Shown: positions 27,800 through 40,400 of the stretch, piece after piece
How the letters are laid out: each line of letters begins with the position of its first letter
Position numbering within the stretch: the stretch's first letter is position 1
Source of the DNA: the human T2T-CHM13v2.0 reference genome, Homo sapiens
Assembly: GCF_009914755.1 (NCBI RefSeq)
Contig: NC_060926.1
Reading direction: 5' to 3' (one strand)
DNA: 64,000 nucleotides
Made by a program: the position numbers and the translations under genes
Notes under the pieces: model-generated
The model's input: only the letters and a program-made list of their open reading frames with translations
Told to the model about the DNA's origin: nothing
Database searches by the model: none

Positions 27800-28200
27800 G
27801 ACTTTATTCATTTAGTCAATATTTATGGGCATCCGGCACGCGCCAAGCACAGTGTGTGGAAGCAGGGATGCAGCATTGAATAGAATAGCAATGTTCTTGC
27901 CCTCTAGGGATTTATACTCCAGTTGGGGAGAAGATAGATAGTGCACTGATACCTTTGGATAGTAGTAAGTGCCACGAAAAAATAGGATAAGAAGAGAGTA
28001 ACTAGGATGGGAAGATTCTTTGGTTAGAATGTCGAAAGAAGGTTTTCTAAAGCAATTATATTTAAGCCTGCATCAAAATAATAAGGAGGTGGCCACATAA
28101 CAGGCCAGAAAGAGAATTCCAGGAAATGAGAGGTGCAAAGGCCCTGAGGTAGAAGCAGAGTGGTCTGAGGATTAATTAGAGAGCACTCCTCCACTTTGGT
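27800..28200 (-). mobile_element. L2 3' fragment
   Basis: ttattcatttagtcaatatttatgggcatc...gtgcaaaggccctgaggtag. Confidence 0.65.
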
Positions 28201-28229
28201 CAAAATTGACATGAGAGATGCCATAGACA

Positions 28230-29200
28230 GTGCGGTGGATACTGGTGTTGCTGTTCCCAGATTCCGGGACCCCCTTAGGTTCTGATGTGCCTCCCCTCCA
28301 CCGTTAACGTGGGTTTACTGCCCAGACTTGCGACTGGAACTGACCCTTGAGAGACTGTCTGTAGGTGGGTTACTGCAGCCGCTGTGCCCCCACAGGCTGT
28401 GATCAGGAAGTATCTGAGGGGCTGCACCCTCCCTCCTACCACCCAGCAGCCCTAATCCAGTAGTTGGAGGATGTAGGGGTATGAAACCCCAGCCCCTGTG
28501 ACAGCAGCTGGGGTGAGGCAGGAGAATAGGGTCTGGAGACAGGGAGCCTAAGGCCCACCGGCCTCTGACTTCTTGGAATTGGACCGAAAGGAAAACTCCA
28601 CCTTTCCATGCCCCTGCGACAGGGGCCAGAGGCCCCTCCCTCTGCAAAAACCCCCTCTCGGGAAATGCCTCTGATTGGTCAGAGGCCAAGCTTCACTTCA
28701 GCCTGATTGGTCACAGGCCAATCCTTCATTGGCATGAGGTGTAACCCAGTTGGAGGACTCTATTGGAGGCCTCTAAAGGGTACCTAGGGGTGTTACCAAA
28801 TTCTTCTAGTTTAATAAAAACCCTAAAGAACATTGCAACTGGGGCTCTTGAGCCACCTGATGGATCCTGCTCCCACTCTGTGGAGTGTAGTTTCACTCAA
28901 TACATTTGTGCTTTTGTTGCTTCGTTCTTTTGTTGCTTTGTTTGTGCATTTTGCTCAATTTTTGTTCAATGTGCTAAGAACCTGGATCACTCAGTGAAGA
29001 CCTTCTATCTGGCAACAGGGGCAAACTCAGGGTGTCATTCAGGCTCAGAGAGCCATGGGGATCACACTGAGGCTGAGATTTAGCCAGAAATCATACCCTT
29101 GGTTGCCCTTTTCTCTTTTCCTTCCTAGTTTTTTTTTTTTGAAAGCACTTCCTTAATAAATCAGTTGTCCCTGAACTCTTACCTTAGGGTCTACTTTTAA
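28230..29200 (+). mobile_element. LTR16-like ERVL LTR split by MER51
   Basis: gggtatgaaaccccagccc...caaactcagggtgt...gagccatggggatcacactgaggctg...aagcacttccttaataaatca. Confidence 0.55.
28514..29017 (+). mobile_element. MER51-family ERV1 solo LTR
   Basis: tgaggcaggagaatagggtctgga...ctggcaaca termini, gggg 4-bp TSD, repeated CCAAT boxes. Confidence 0.85.
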
Positions 29201-29814
29201 GACTTAAAAAAGTCTGCAGTCTTAGGACTTAACACCCTCTGCTATAGGTTTCTACAATTGTTTTTCTTTTAAGAATATATTTTTTCTGTGGTACTAGGTA
29301 AAAGCATGTGCCATGAAATCGGGCACGCTTGGATTGGAACGCCATGGCCATTCAGTCACAGCCACCCTTAGGCAGGTCACCTGGTCTCTCTGGGCCTCAG
29401 TTTCCTCAATTACAAAAGTGGGACAAAGACAGTGCCACCTTTATGGCTGCTGTGAAGATTAAATGAAAGAAGATAGGCAACATACTTAACAGAAAGATGG
29501 GAAAACATGAACACTCAGATTTACCTATGACTATAAAACCTTTCTAAACTTCATCAGAGAGTTCAAAAATGTTGTCAAGCCTTGGAACGTATATCTGTTG
29601 CATTCCTTTAAAACTGTATGCTATCACTGGAATTTGGCTGGGGACAGAGGAGAGAAGCGGAAGAGAAATAGCCATTCTAGATACCTGCAAGAAACCACTC
29701 ATGTGCATCCTCTCGTTTAATCCTGACAAGCACCCAGCTAGAATAGAAGGCTCTATTATAATTATAAAGATAGGAACCTAACATTCAAAGAGGCTGTTAT
29801 CTGAGGAGACATGG

Positions 29815-30276
29815 TGTTGAAGAGGTTAAAATATGGGATTCCAGCGTATTGACTAAGTTCAACACTTTAAAAACAGCAGGTGCAACAAGATGACTTTGAC
29901 CTTCCTGCTGTTTCTTAAAAGCAGAGGGTGAAATTCCTATGTGAAAGATGCCCTCCCTAGATGATGCAACATTTTTATATAGTCAAAGTCGAAACTGGGA
30001 GAGTTCTGTACAGATCTTGTTAAAAATAACTCTTATCTTTTAAGCCTCTCCATATAATTTAGTGGCTTCTTCACAACTAACTCTTCTCTGTCCAATCCAC
30101 TACATAATTAACTGACTTTAGCTACTTCTTTGGGGTCTTCATTTCTTTATGAGGGCTCCTGTGCTGCGTGAAGTTTGTATTAAGTTTTTCTCCTGTTAAT
30201 CTATCTTATGTGGATTAAATTCTTGGACTCAGCTGGGACCCTAAGAGGAGGGAGGTAGACTTTTCCCACCCCTACA
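29815..30276 (+). mobile_element. MER34/MER39-group ERV1 LTR, copy 1
   Basis: aggttaaaatatg...tctcctgttaatctatcttatg...cccctaca. Confidence 0.65.
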
Positions 30277-31198
30277 GTGTGTATATATCAGGGTTCCAAG
30301 CCAGGTTGTCTGGACAGAGGAACCCAATTCCCTTGAGTTGAGGGGCTGTCTTTGCTTTTAAGCCGTTGCCCTGCAGAAGGGGCTTGGTGTTGTGGTTATT
30401 CTGGGGGAGCGTCCAGTCCCAGGTGAAATGACTCCTGCCATGCCCAGCTACCAGATAATGAAGCTTCTTCCCAGGGTCACAACTCCAAGAATGAGGAACG
30501 CCTCGTCCTCAGGCCAGCGGCGCAGCTGAGCCTCTCTGGGCTCATATCACAGTCACCATAACTGCACTGTCTCCACTCTAACGGGGCTCCCAGATCACAG
30601 ACCCTACCGGCCGCCGCTCTGGCCCGCCAGGATCCTCACGCTTTTAAGTCAGGTGCGGTTTCTGGAAGAAGCCTGGTGGTGCCACATCTACAGGCGAATC
30701 AGATCCCAGAGCAGACAGAGCTGACCACCTGCCCTGTGGGGCGTGCAACCCCAGGTGCAGATTACAGACAGGGAAGGAGGGAGGAGCTTAGCTGAAACCC
30801 CTTCCTGACCCCTTTCCAGTAAGCACTCAGGGGTAGCAAAACATCCAGGAACTTTTAGTTCTGGGTCAGCTGGGACAGCGGTAGGGACAGCGTCCTGTTC
30901 GTGCCTTCTCTGAGTTTTCTATTAGGTGCCACCAAACACATTCCCACCCAAAAGAACCATTATATTGGACCTTACTGAAAAGGTTAAAATATGCATTCTG
31001 GCATGGTAACTGTTTCAGTGAAAGGCACTTGAAAAACAGCAGGTGCAAGATCACTCTCCCCATAGCAGAAGGAAAGACAGCATCCTTATCCTTAGGACTA
31101 GAAGCTGCCAGCTAAAGAATACTGCAGAGCGTCACTCTAATCTTTTTAGTCACATTTTCAAAGTTTATTCTTCTCTGTTTAATCCAGTATTTAAGTAG

Positions 31199-31864
<666 letters not shown>

Positions 31865-32049
31865 TGAAACTTGCACTATGCTTTCCTCCTATTCATCTAT
31901 CTTATGTCAATTTAATTCTCGGACCCAGCCGGGACCCCTAGAGGATGGAGGTGGAGTTCTGCCCTTACACTGAAAGCACAATCTTCCAAAAGCAGAGACA
32001 CTCTTCAAAACTTTGAAAAGAGACTTTTAGGTCCTAGGGCAATGGAATC

Positions 32050-33300
32050 TCGTTTTCTCAAAAAGCCCTGCTTGCTTACCCTCTCGTTTTCCCCCAGGCC
32101 TGTTTTCTGGGACAGGGTGGGAGGCCCAAGGAGACAGCCAAGTTCAGGCCCCAAGCACCCAGCTCCTCCTCCCAGGGTGGGAGCCTGGCCAGAGTTCCCG
32201 ACCCACCCCGCCCCATTCCCCGCTGGCGCTTGGTCCGCCCCTCCCCGTCTGGAAGCCTCCAGCAGCCCCGCCCGGCGGAACTAGGGGACGGGTGGGGGAC
32301 GTCGAAGGGCGAGGGCGGTGACCCCGGGGCCAGAATTCTCGCAGGCGCCTGGGCCGGGTGCCCGGCCGTGCGTGAGTGCGGAACAAGTCTGGGCGCGGGG
32401 AAGGGCGTGGGTGCGGGCCGTGGGTGGGTGCGGGGCAGGGCGCGGGGCTGTGGGAGGGCGCGAGGCCGTGTGTGGGTGCGGGGCTGGGTGCAGGCCGTGG
32501 GTGGGCGCGGGGCCGGGGCTGGCGGGGCAGGGCGCAGGCTGCTGCAAGGCGGCCTCGTGGATTCTGGCCCCGGACGCACGAAGCGGGTTCTACTTTTTAA
32601 AAAAACTGCGTTGCCTTTTCCTTCCTCTACGTTAGCATCCTGTCCGGGGTCCCCGGCCCATGTGGCCTTTCTTCCAGCGACAGTACACTTAGCTCAGAAC
32701 GGATTGACACCCACTCTGTGTTTCCACCGGGCGCGCAGGCTCTGCAATGCGGAGCGCGTTCTCTGAAGGACAGGCCCCGGAGTCACGGCTACAGCCACAG
32801 AAAGCGGAAACCGAGCTGCAGTCCAGAGGGGATCCCCGTACATTTCCAGCGGGCTCAGACACAGGGTCCCCCACAAGAAAGAAACAGGACAGAAAAAGTC
32901 AGGACACGTATGCTGTGGAGAGTCGAGGTCTCGCCTAGATCTTGGGTGTGGGTAGACGCAGCCGCTGGCAGTTTTCCTTTCCAGCGTCTCTGGGGAGCCT
33001 GGAGATGTCCTTGGTGCCGATGTGACACGAAGAGTGATTGCGCCGCCCTGCAGAGGCGGTGGCGGGACGCTGCGCTCGGGCTGGGAAAGGCCGGCCCCAG
33101 GGCGACCCCTCCGGAGGCCCCCGGAGAGCAGGTGTGCACCTCGCCTCCCGCTGGGCAGCCAGTTCAGGAGAAAAATGTGAAGCTTTTAGCTAAACAAAAT
33201 ATTTCTTTCGTTAAGGGCTTTCTCCACACGGAGACTTTCTAGCCACGTGAGACTTTGACCTCCCAGTCCCCCAGATTCAGCGCTGGGACCGAGCGTCTGC
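32050..33300. promoter_or_regulatory. CpG island / GC-rich upstream promoter region
   Basis: Visibly high GC and CpG density, GC-box-like motifs, and a G-run tract at 32391-32532. Boundaries approximate. Confidence 0.85.
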
Positions 33301-34154
33301 TGTTATTTTTAGTAGAAGTATAAAAAGAATCTCGAAAAGTTTTAGCTCTGGAGAAGGCGTGAATACAGCTGGTGCCTTCATACACTCCACTTGAGCCGCT
33401 TTTTAAGAACTCCAGGAGATCAGAAAGCAATACGAAAGCCAGAGCATTGCACATGGGATGGGCTGGCGGGTGGCCTTTGGGTCCCTATCTTATGGACGAT
33501 TTTTGTAAATGGGGCATTGGAGATGAGTATCACCTGGATCACATTTTTAGGTTGAATTCCTCCGTGGGGGGAACTTTAGCAATACGCATCCAAATAAGAA
33601 TGTAGATTGCAATAATTGTAGTAAAGTGTTTGCCAGACTCATCTCAGAAAAAGACATTATCAAAAGGCATTTATTATCTTCCTAATGCGTGTCTGGCACT
33701 GGGCAGACACTGTAGAATACTATCTTGATTAGAGTCTCAAGGATTTTGTACTTAAAGTCCTTTACAAATAAAAGTATTCAAGTATAATCTATTATAAAGA
33801 CTCTTTTCTCCACTTTGGGGATATACGGTGTGGCATCGATTCATTGGTCATACCAAAACTGTTACTTCTGTTTTGGAGGAATTAACAAGGAAAACCCAGG
33901 CTTAGTAAATCAACATCGAAGTTCAGAAGTTCAGAGTAATTTGTCTTGGGAACAAAGTCCTCCCTAGAGCGAAGAGGCATTCACAGGAGCTCTTGGTGTT
34001 AATGGGATTATTCAAGATATACCTGAGACCAGATAAATATTTGATGATTTTGCCAAGCACTAGGGTTTCTTTGCAGTTTGTCTTTGGCTGACGTTTTCCC
34101 CCCGTGGGGTTTGGACTTTGTGGCTTCACCAGATTTTGCAAATGAAAGAAGGCT

Positions 34155-34164
34155 GGGGTTTCCC
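34155..34164 (+). promoter_or_regulatory. Candidate NF-kB site
   Basis: GGGGTTTCCC matches GGGRNYYYCC, ~170 bp upstream of the TATA box. Confidence 0.45.
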
Positions 34165-34213
34165 AAGAGTACACTTGTGCAGGAAACAACAGACTAGTGA
34201 GGTTTACAAGAGG

Positions 34214-34236
34214 GGTGTGTGTGTGTGTGTGTGTGT
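34214..34236. repeat. (GT)n microsatellite in the ACKR3 promoter
   Basis: Read directly; ~90 bp upstream of the TATA box. Confidence 0.9.
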
Positions 34237-34287
34237 CTGCCTGTGGGATGGGGGTGGCACGGGGGAGAGAGAGATGTGGGTTACAAA

Positions 34288-34302
34288 GCTGCCATCTAGA
34301 GG
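34288..34302 (-). promoter_or_regulatory. Candidate CTCF site
   Basis: Minus strand reads CCTCTAGATGGCAGC, 14/15 to CCASYAGRKGGCRSY. Motif match only. Confidence 0.55.
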
Positions 34303-34324
34303 CTAGAGGCTCCTTTCTGCAGTG

Positions 34325-34331
34325 TATATAA
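34325..34331 (+). promoter_or_regulatory. TATA box of ACKR3 main promoter
   Basis: TATATAA at canonical spacing upstream of the inferred exon 1. Confidence 0.75.
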
Positions 34332-34356
34332 TGCAAGTCTGCAGCCAGCAGAGCTC

Positions 34357-34456
34357 ACAGTTGTTGCAAAGTGCTCAGCACTAAGGGAGCCAGCGCACAG
34401 CACAGCCAGGAAGGCGAGCGAGCCCAGCCAGCCCAGCCAGCCCAGCCAGCCCGGAG
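34357..34456 (+). other. ACKR3: ACKR3 non-coding exon 1 (start approximate)
   Basis: Begins ~26-30 nt after TATATAA at an Inr-like TCACAGT and ends at the strong donor GAG|GTAAGG (34456/34457). Contains (AGCCCAGCC)3 at 34421-34447 and no ATG. Agrees with my recollection of the mRNA leader. Confidence 0.8.
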
Positions 34457-37400
34457 GTAAGGAAACGGTGCTCGGGCAGCAGCTCTGCTCGGAAAGAAGG
34501 CACGGCTTCTGCTCTTAAGCCAAGTGGTCTTTTCAAAGGCCTTCTTTAAAATCGCTCAGATGGGTGCTTTTGAGTCTGCGGGTCTGGTTTCTGAAAACCC
34601 AGGCTGCACGCAGCTGCATTGCAAAGTGCTTTTGCTAATTCGGAGGGCTTCACCTTTCTCTTCAGAAAGCAAAGGGCAGTTTTCTTAAGTCACTTGCAGA
34701 AGGAAATTTCCATGTGTATTTAGGAATCTGGTGTTTATTTGCTGTGTGGCTATTTAAGCTCCAGTAAGCAGGGGAACTTTGCAAGAACACAGACTATCCA
34801 TTCTGCCTGACCAATTTGGCATGGGGATTAGCTTGGCACCCACTGTTTACCTGTTTTGCTTCTAGTATATCAGTTTGGAAACAGATAAAATTGGCAGTAA
34901 ATACGTAATTCCAGAATGATGAACACTTTATTAAGAGGCATCCTTAAATGGAGCAGAAAACTGCTGAGAATCTTTGTGAGTCCAAGATGTATTTGAATTC
35001 AGTACTTTGGGGGATTTACCAGAGTCTGTAAGTCCGGAAGCTATAAACGTGAATGTTAAACACAGCCCGGTCTTCTCTTCTCTTGATGGCACGCTTGCTA
35101 ATCTAATTTGAGTATTGTTCTCTTAGAAGGTGTTAAGTCCAACTTCAATTGGGGTTGGGGGAAGCACACACACAAATCTACTATTTTGCAATTTAAATAT
35201 ACTCTTCAGGTAAAATGTGGATTTTGTTCAATTTTGTTGGCATGTGCAAAGATTCAAGGAGTGACTGAGAGAACTTTGGAGTGAGGTCAGGGATGGGTGG
35301 TTAGCCAAGACTTGTAACTTCCAGGGAGAATGAGAAGTTGTAAAAGTCAGACTGGCTGTCTCTCTTTCTCTCTTCCTCTTTCTTTCTTTCTTTCCTTTTG
35401 CTCACAACAGGATTACTTAGTGTTTCAAAAGTGGGAGAGAGCCTCCTTAAATGGTTTACAGCCCTTTGAATGTATTTGGTGCAGTGACATCCCCTGAAAC
35501 TTCAGTCTGCAAAGTCTCAACATGGTAACTTTGTTCTTTTCTTTTTTAAAGGCAGATGCTGCTTTTAGTGTCCCTTTATTTATTCCAGGAAAAATGTGGA
35601 CATCAGCTAGGCACGCCTAGCAAAGAAAGTGGAGGCTGCTGGTTTCTGTGCTTTAACTTTCCATAGATTTTAAATGGATAAACTGCTTGCCCTTCTTTCA
35701 TCAGAATATGAGCTTTCCCCAGATGGAAAGTCTTTTCTAAAGCAAAGTTGCACATGGGAGCTCTAGCTTGGAAACAATTTGCTCTTTTTTCCCCAGTCTC
35801 TGCCATAAACACTTGAATGTGCACACAACTGCAGAGCTTAATGCCACAACCTCCAGGAGATTGGGGGGAGGGGAAAGCTGCCCAGGATGGGGGTGGGAAA
35901 GCGAAGGAAGATGGAGAAATGGCTGCAGTTTGCTGCCCATCAGCTTTTCTCTTTTAAGGGGCAGACATTGCAGACGTAGTTTTAAAAAAGTTCCATAAAG
36001 CATCGCCAAGGCAGCATGCCTGTGCGACACACGCAGGGCTTTGGGGGTGTGTTTTCCCCGTATTAACAGCAAGTCGTTGAAGCGTTGAGAAGGTATTATG
36101 ATTTCTAATCAGGCCCAGAACAGGCCAAGTATAGGCTTTCTGAATGAAAAAAAAAAAAAAAAAAAAAACCCAAAACAAAAAACCCTGCTTAATCAGGAAC
36201 AGTGGCTTTTTGTGTGATCATTTTAGGGCGAGAGCTCCTGTTTTCAAGTCGACGTGAGGGAAATTGGTTGAAGTCACTCAAACCTGAGGCTGAAGGGCAG
36301 TCACTTTATAAACCTTAAGAGTAACCGAGGGGAAAGAAAAAGACCTCAAAGATTGCAAAACTTTAGATTTTTTTTTTGTGATTTTGTAGAACATGAGGGG
36401 AATCTGGGGCCAGAAGGCATTTGTACCTTTAAACCAGGCAATCAAATAACTTAGTTTTATTATTAGAAGCAAGAATAGTATTAAAACGCCTTCAATTGGA
36501 TTGCACGTGTGTAGGCATAATTCAGGAAGAAACTAAAGATCGTGTCATGTCAAGTGTTACTAAAGTTCAGGAAGGAAAAGACAAAGCTCCAGGACACGTA
36601 TTTTCTGTTGAAATAAAAGAAAGCAAGCCAGAAATAGACAGATCAGGACAGGGAGGCGTGCAGGCGGTGGCCCTGATTTTGAATATTTGATGGTTTCCTT
36701 CAGGGAATGTTTGATGCTTTTATCGACTAATTTGGAATTGAAAAAAACAAAACAAAACACTATTGCTTCAATATTAAAGTGATCAGGGAATTGCATAATT
36801 TTATGGTGACAATTTTAAAGAGCCACAGGTAGTTTTGGAAGCAGACTGTGTTTTGTTCCAGGCACTGAAAAAGTGGATGGGGGCCGAGACTATCTCAGGT
36901 GGCCTTGAACCACTGTTGGCAAAGGGACAGATAACGAGCCCAGGGCAGTGTGGGGGACTTTGCGTTTTGAAGTCTGGGTCAGCCAGATAGTAAGCATCTT
37001 TTGCTTTTCCTGCTATAACAGATATGTGGCCATCCTCCCTCAGTTGTATATGCAGAGCCTAAGTTTGCACAGTGTCCTCCTGGGAACCCCATTGTGTCTG
37101 GCTTAGGGCGGGGGTGAGGAGGCTCTCCTAGCCTGGCTGACCTCCCACTGCCTCGTCCTAGTCCTAAGCTGGGTGGGAATCAGGGCTCTGGTTACACTGG
37201 GCCGGCCCAGACGGCAGCCTTTGTGACGTGGGAATCTCTGGACCTGCTCTTGTGGGTATAGCTTTGCTTCCCTGTCGGGCAGCTGAGCACAATAGACCAG
37301 ATCAGGTTTCTGGACGTGGGATTTATTTGATCCCCCAAATCCTTAAAGTGGACGAGGGTGTCCCACGTGTTCATGTGAAGTATGTCTAAGGACCCTGGGA

Positions 37401-40400
37401 AGAGGTGGACTGTATCTGAATCAGGATATAGAGTTTTCTGTAGTTATTATTTTTTGCGTTCTCAAGTAATTCAAAGCAGTTATGTACTTGCATAAAATAA
37501 GATCACTCACGGTCACTAGTGAATGTGTAGTCAAGACTGTTTTCCATTTGCTGGCAGCAGAGGGGACAGACAGCTACCCATTCTGCTATCAGCCCTAGCA
37601 GATAGTCACAGAGAGTCTGCCTGGGCCAAAGCTCCCCTAGGTTACTTGGTTGGTTTCCCCATAGATTCGATGTAGCATTGGTTAAAAACACACAGACACA
37701 CAGACACACACACATGCACACACACACACACCCCACTCAATGATGCGCAGTTGCCTAATGGTTCTTCAGAGGTAGTGTGGATTCTCCTGATCTAACTTGC
37801 AGGCTCAGCGTAAGCGGGGCTGGCCTGGTGGAAGAGGTGTTATCTGCTCAAAGAGACCAGAGCGTTTGCTTTTGTAGCATGATTCCCGCTGGAGAGTCCC
37901 TGGAGATGTTGGAAAGGGGAAGAGAACTCTGTTCTTAGCCACAAGCGCACCATAACCCAGTCTCTTCACCCGGCCTGGCCTCAGTTTCCAGGTGTGCAAA
38001 CAGTGAGGGCCACTGTCCCAGCTCTTGTCTGGGACAATACCAAGTTTCTTCATGAAATTCCCTTGTAGGACACAGGTCTCACACTGCAGAAAGCCAGTGA
38101 AGGAGGCAGAAGTCCTGCAGGGCCCAGATGGCCAGAGGGTCCCCCTTTTCGGAGCTGGTCCCGGGGCCCCAGGCCTGGCCTGAGTTATCTTATCTATACC
38201 ACTGTAGAGGAGTGATGTGTGTGTAGCAGCCTGGTCTGCACCCAGCTACCAGACCACCCCACTGCAAAGCTGCCTGTGGGGTTCGTATCACTTCCATTCT
38301 CAAAGCCTCCTCTGCTCCAAAGCCATGGCCTTGCTCTAGACTGTCCTGGCTCCTGCATGGACAAGCCCTGGTCATATTCCTTGCCCACCCTTTAAGGCCC
38401 AACTCTTACCTCCATTTGCTCTTCGTGGAGAGTCCTTGCCTCAGCCAGGCTGGGTGACTCTACCCATGGCTGTGCCTTCCTGGAACATCCTTGATCACCC
38501 CTACCTCCTTGAAGTCCCCCATAAGCCACCAGAGTAGAAACCCCTCATTTTCCTGCTGAAGGGGCATGCACCACCTTGCTCATGCCTGGGGGGTGATGGG
38601 CCTGCGTGCCTTCCCAATTAGCCGGCGGGGTCTCGGGGGTTGGGGGGAGATGTTTCTGATTTGTTGTCCTCACGTGCCCCAGAGCAGTGCCTCCTGGAAC
38701 AAGAGGCTCAGTCCGTCAACACCAGCTCGGTGACGATTTCAGAAAAGTCTCTCCTGGACGCCCGTCTCCGCTGCTGGCCACAGTCGCTGGTCTTGGTGGG
38801 GCACGATTAACTGCTGGCTCATTGAGTACCTACTATGTGCAGCTGTAGCTGTATAGCTGTATAGCTGTAGCTACACAAAGTTACAGAAGACTTGGTGGGG
38901 GGTGCGGGGCCTGGTAGGAATGAGGTGGAGGGGCAAGAAACCTGAACAACGTGATGGTACAAAAGCCATTCCAGAATAGAGATGTGCAGTGTGGGGCCAG
39001 GAGAAGGTGGGAGAATCAGAAGGGCAGAGGGCATCAGTTGGGAAGAGTCTGTGGTTGGAGACTGCAAACATGTGGAAGGGAGTTTGGAGGGACACTGGCC
39101 AGGTGCCTGAACACGTGGCATTCTCTGGAAGGAACTAACCAGCGTGAGGACATGCTGATTGCATACTCAGCCACCACCCATGAAGGCTCTAAACCTGAGT
39201 ACCTGTAATTCCGGCTTCACCCTCAGCTTGCAGAGTGAGCTCAGGGAGACCATTTGGATGTGGCTAAATACCCCAGGCTGCTTGCTGCAGCACGGTCGTT
39301 GTCAAGGATACTTGGTTGATGAATAAAACATCCCAGAAACGAGAGGTGCATCTCCGAGAAAGTCCTGCAATTGACAAGAGGAGCCCCAGTACCATCTGGG
39401 CTGTGAGTGACAGAGGAGTCCCTTTGCAGGCCATAGGCTGGCAGGGATGGAGGGCTGGACAGGTGCTTGCCCACCGCCGGCCACGGGAAAGTTCTCTCCC
39501 TGTCACTGCAACGTGCGACAGGGCCGCTAAAAAGGTGACCCCTGTACGAAGGAATGAATGAGATAAAACAGAGCAAGCGCTGGGAAAAAGGGAATGAAAG
39601 CTGACGTTCACTGCTTTTTGTTCTCCCTTGGGTCTCTGTGGTCCAGGAAAATGCAACATGAACCTCGATTGTTCTGTGGACCATTCCTCCCTCTATGAAA
39701 ATTTACATAATTCTTGATGTCAAATTTCAAATAACACAGAAGTTTATAGAGTAAAAACTACAAGTCTCCTTTTGTTCCCTCCTCCTACCTTCCCAGCCCC
39801 AAGTTTTATACTTACTGCAGGTCTTTTTCTATGCCTTCGTGCACATGTATTTACATATAAAAATACACAAATGTAATTTTTGTGTTTCTTTCTGCATAGC
39901 TGGGGTTGTGCTGTGTGTGCGTGTGTCTGGGGTTGTGCTGTGTGTGTGTGTGTGTCTGGGGTTGTGCTGTGTGTGCGTGTGTCTGGGGTTGTGCTGTGTG
40001 TGCGTGTGTCTGGGGTTGTGCTGTGTGTGTGTGTGTCTGGGGTTGTGCTGTGTGTGCGTGTGTCTGGGGTTGTGCTGTGTGTGTGTGTGTGTCTGGGGTT
40101 GTGCTGTGTGTGCGTGTGTCTGGGGTTGTGCTCTGTGTGTGTGTGTGTCTGGGGTTGTGCTGTGTGTGCGTGTCTGGGGTTGTGCTGTGTGTGCGTTTCT
40201 GGGGTTGTGCTGTGTGTGCGTGTGTCTGCGTATTGTCTTTCACTGAACAGCATGTCGTAACTCTCCCTGTGCATGAAGGGAGGCCTCCCTCTCACAGCTG
40301 TATTATATTCCAGATGGCGGAGACACCAGGCTTTACTGAGTCGTGCCTTTGTTGAAAGACATTTACGTTGTCTCCAGTGTTTGCTCGTAAATAAATACTG

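Noticed and set aside
39900-40225. Regularly spaced repeats resembling a CRISPR array (also 56069-56319)
   Set aside because: Head-to-tail units without unique spacers, no cas genes, eukaryotic context.
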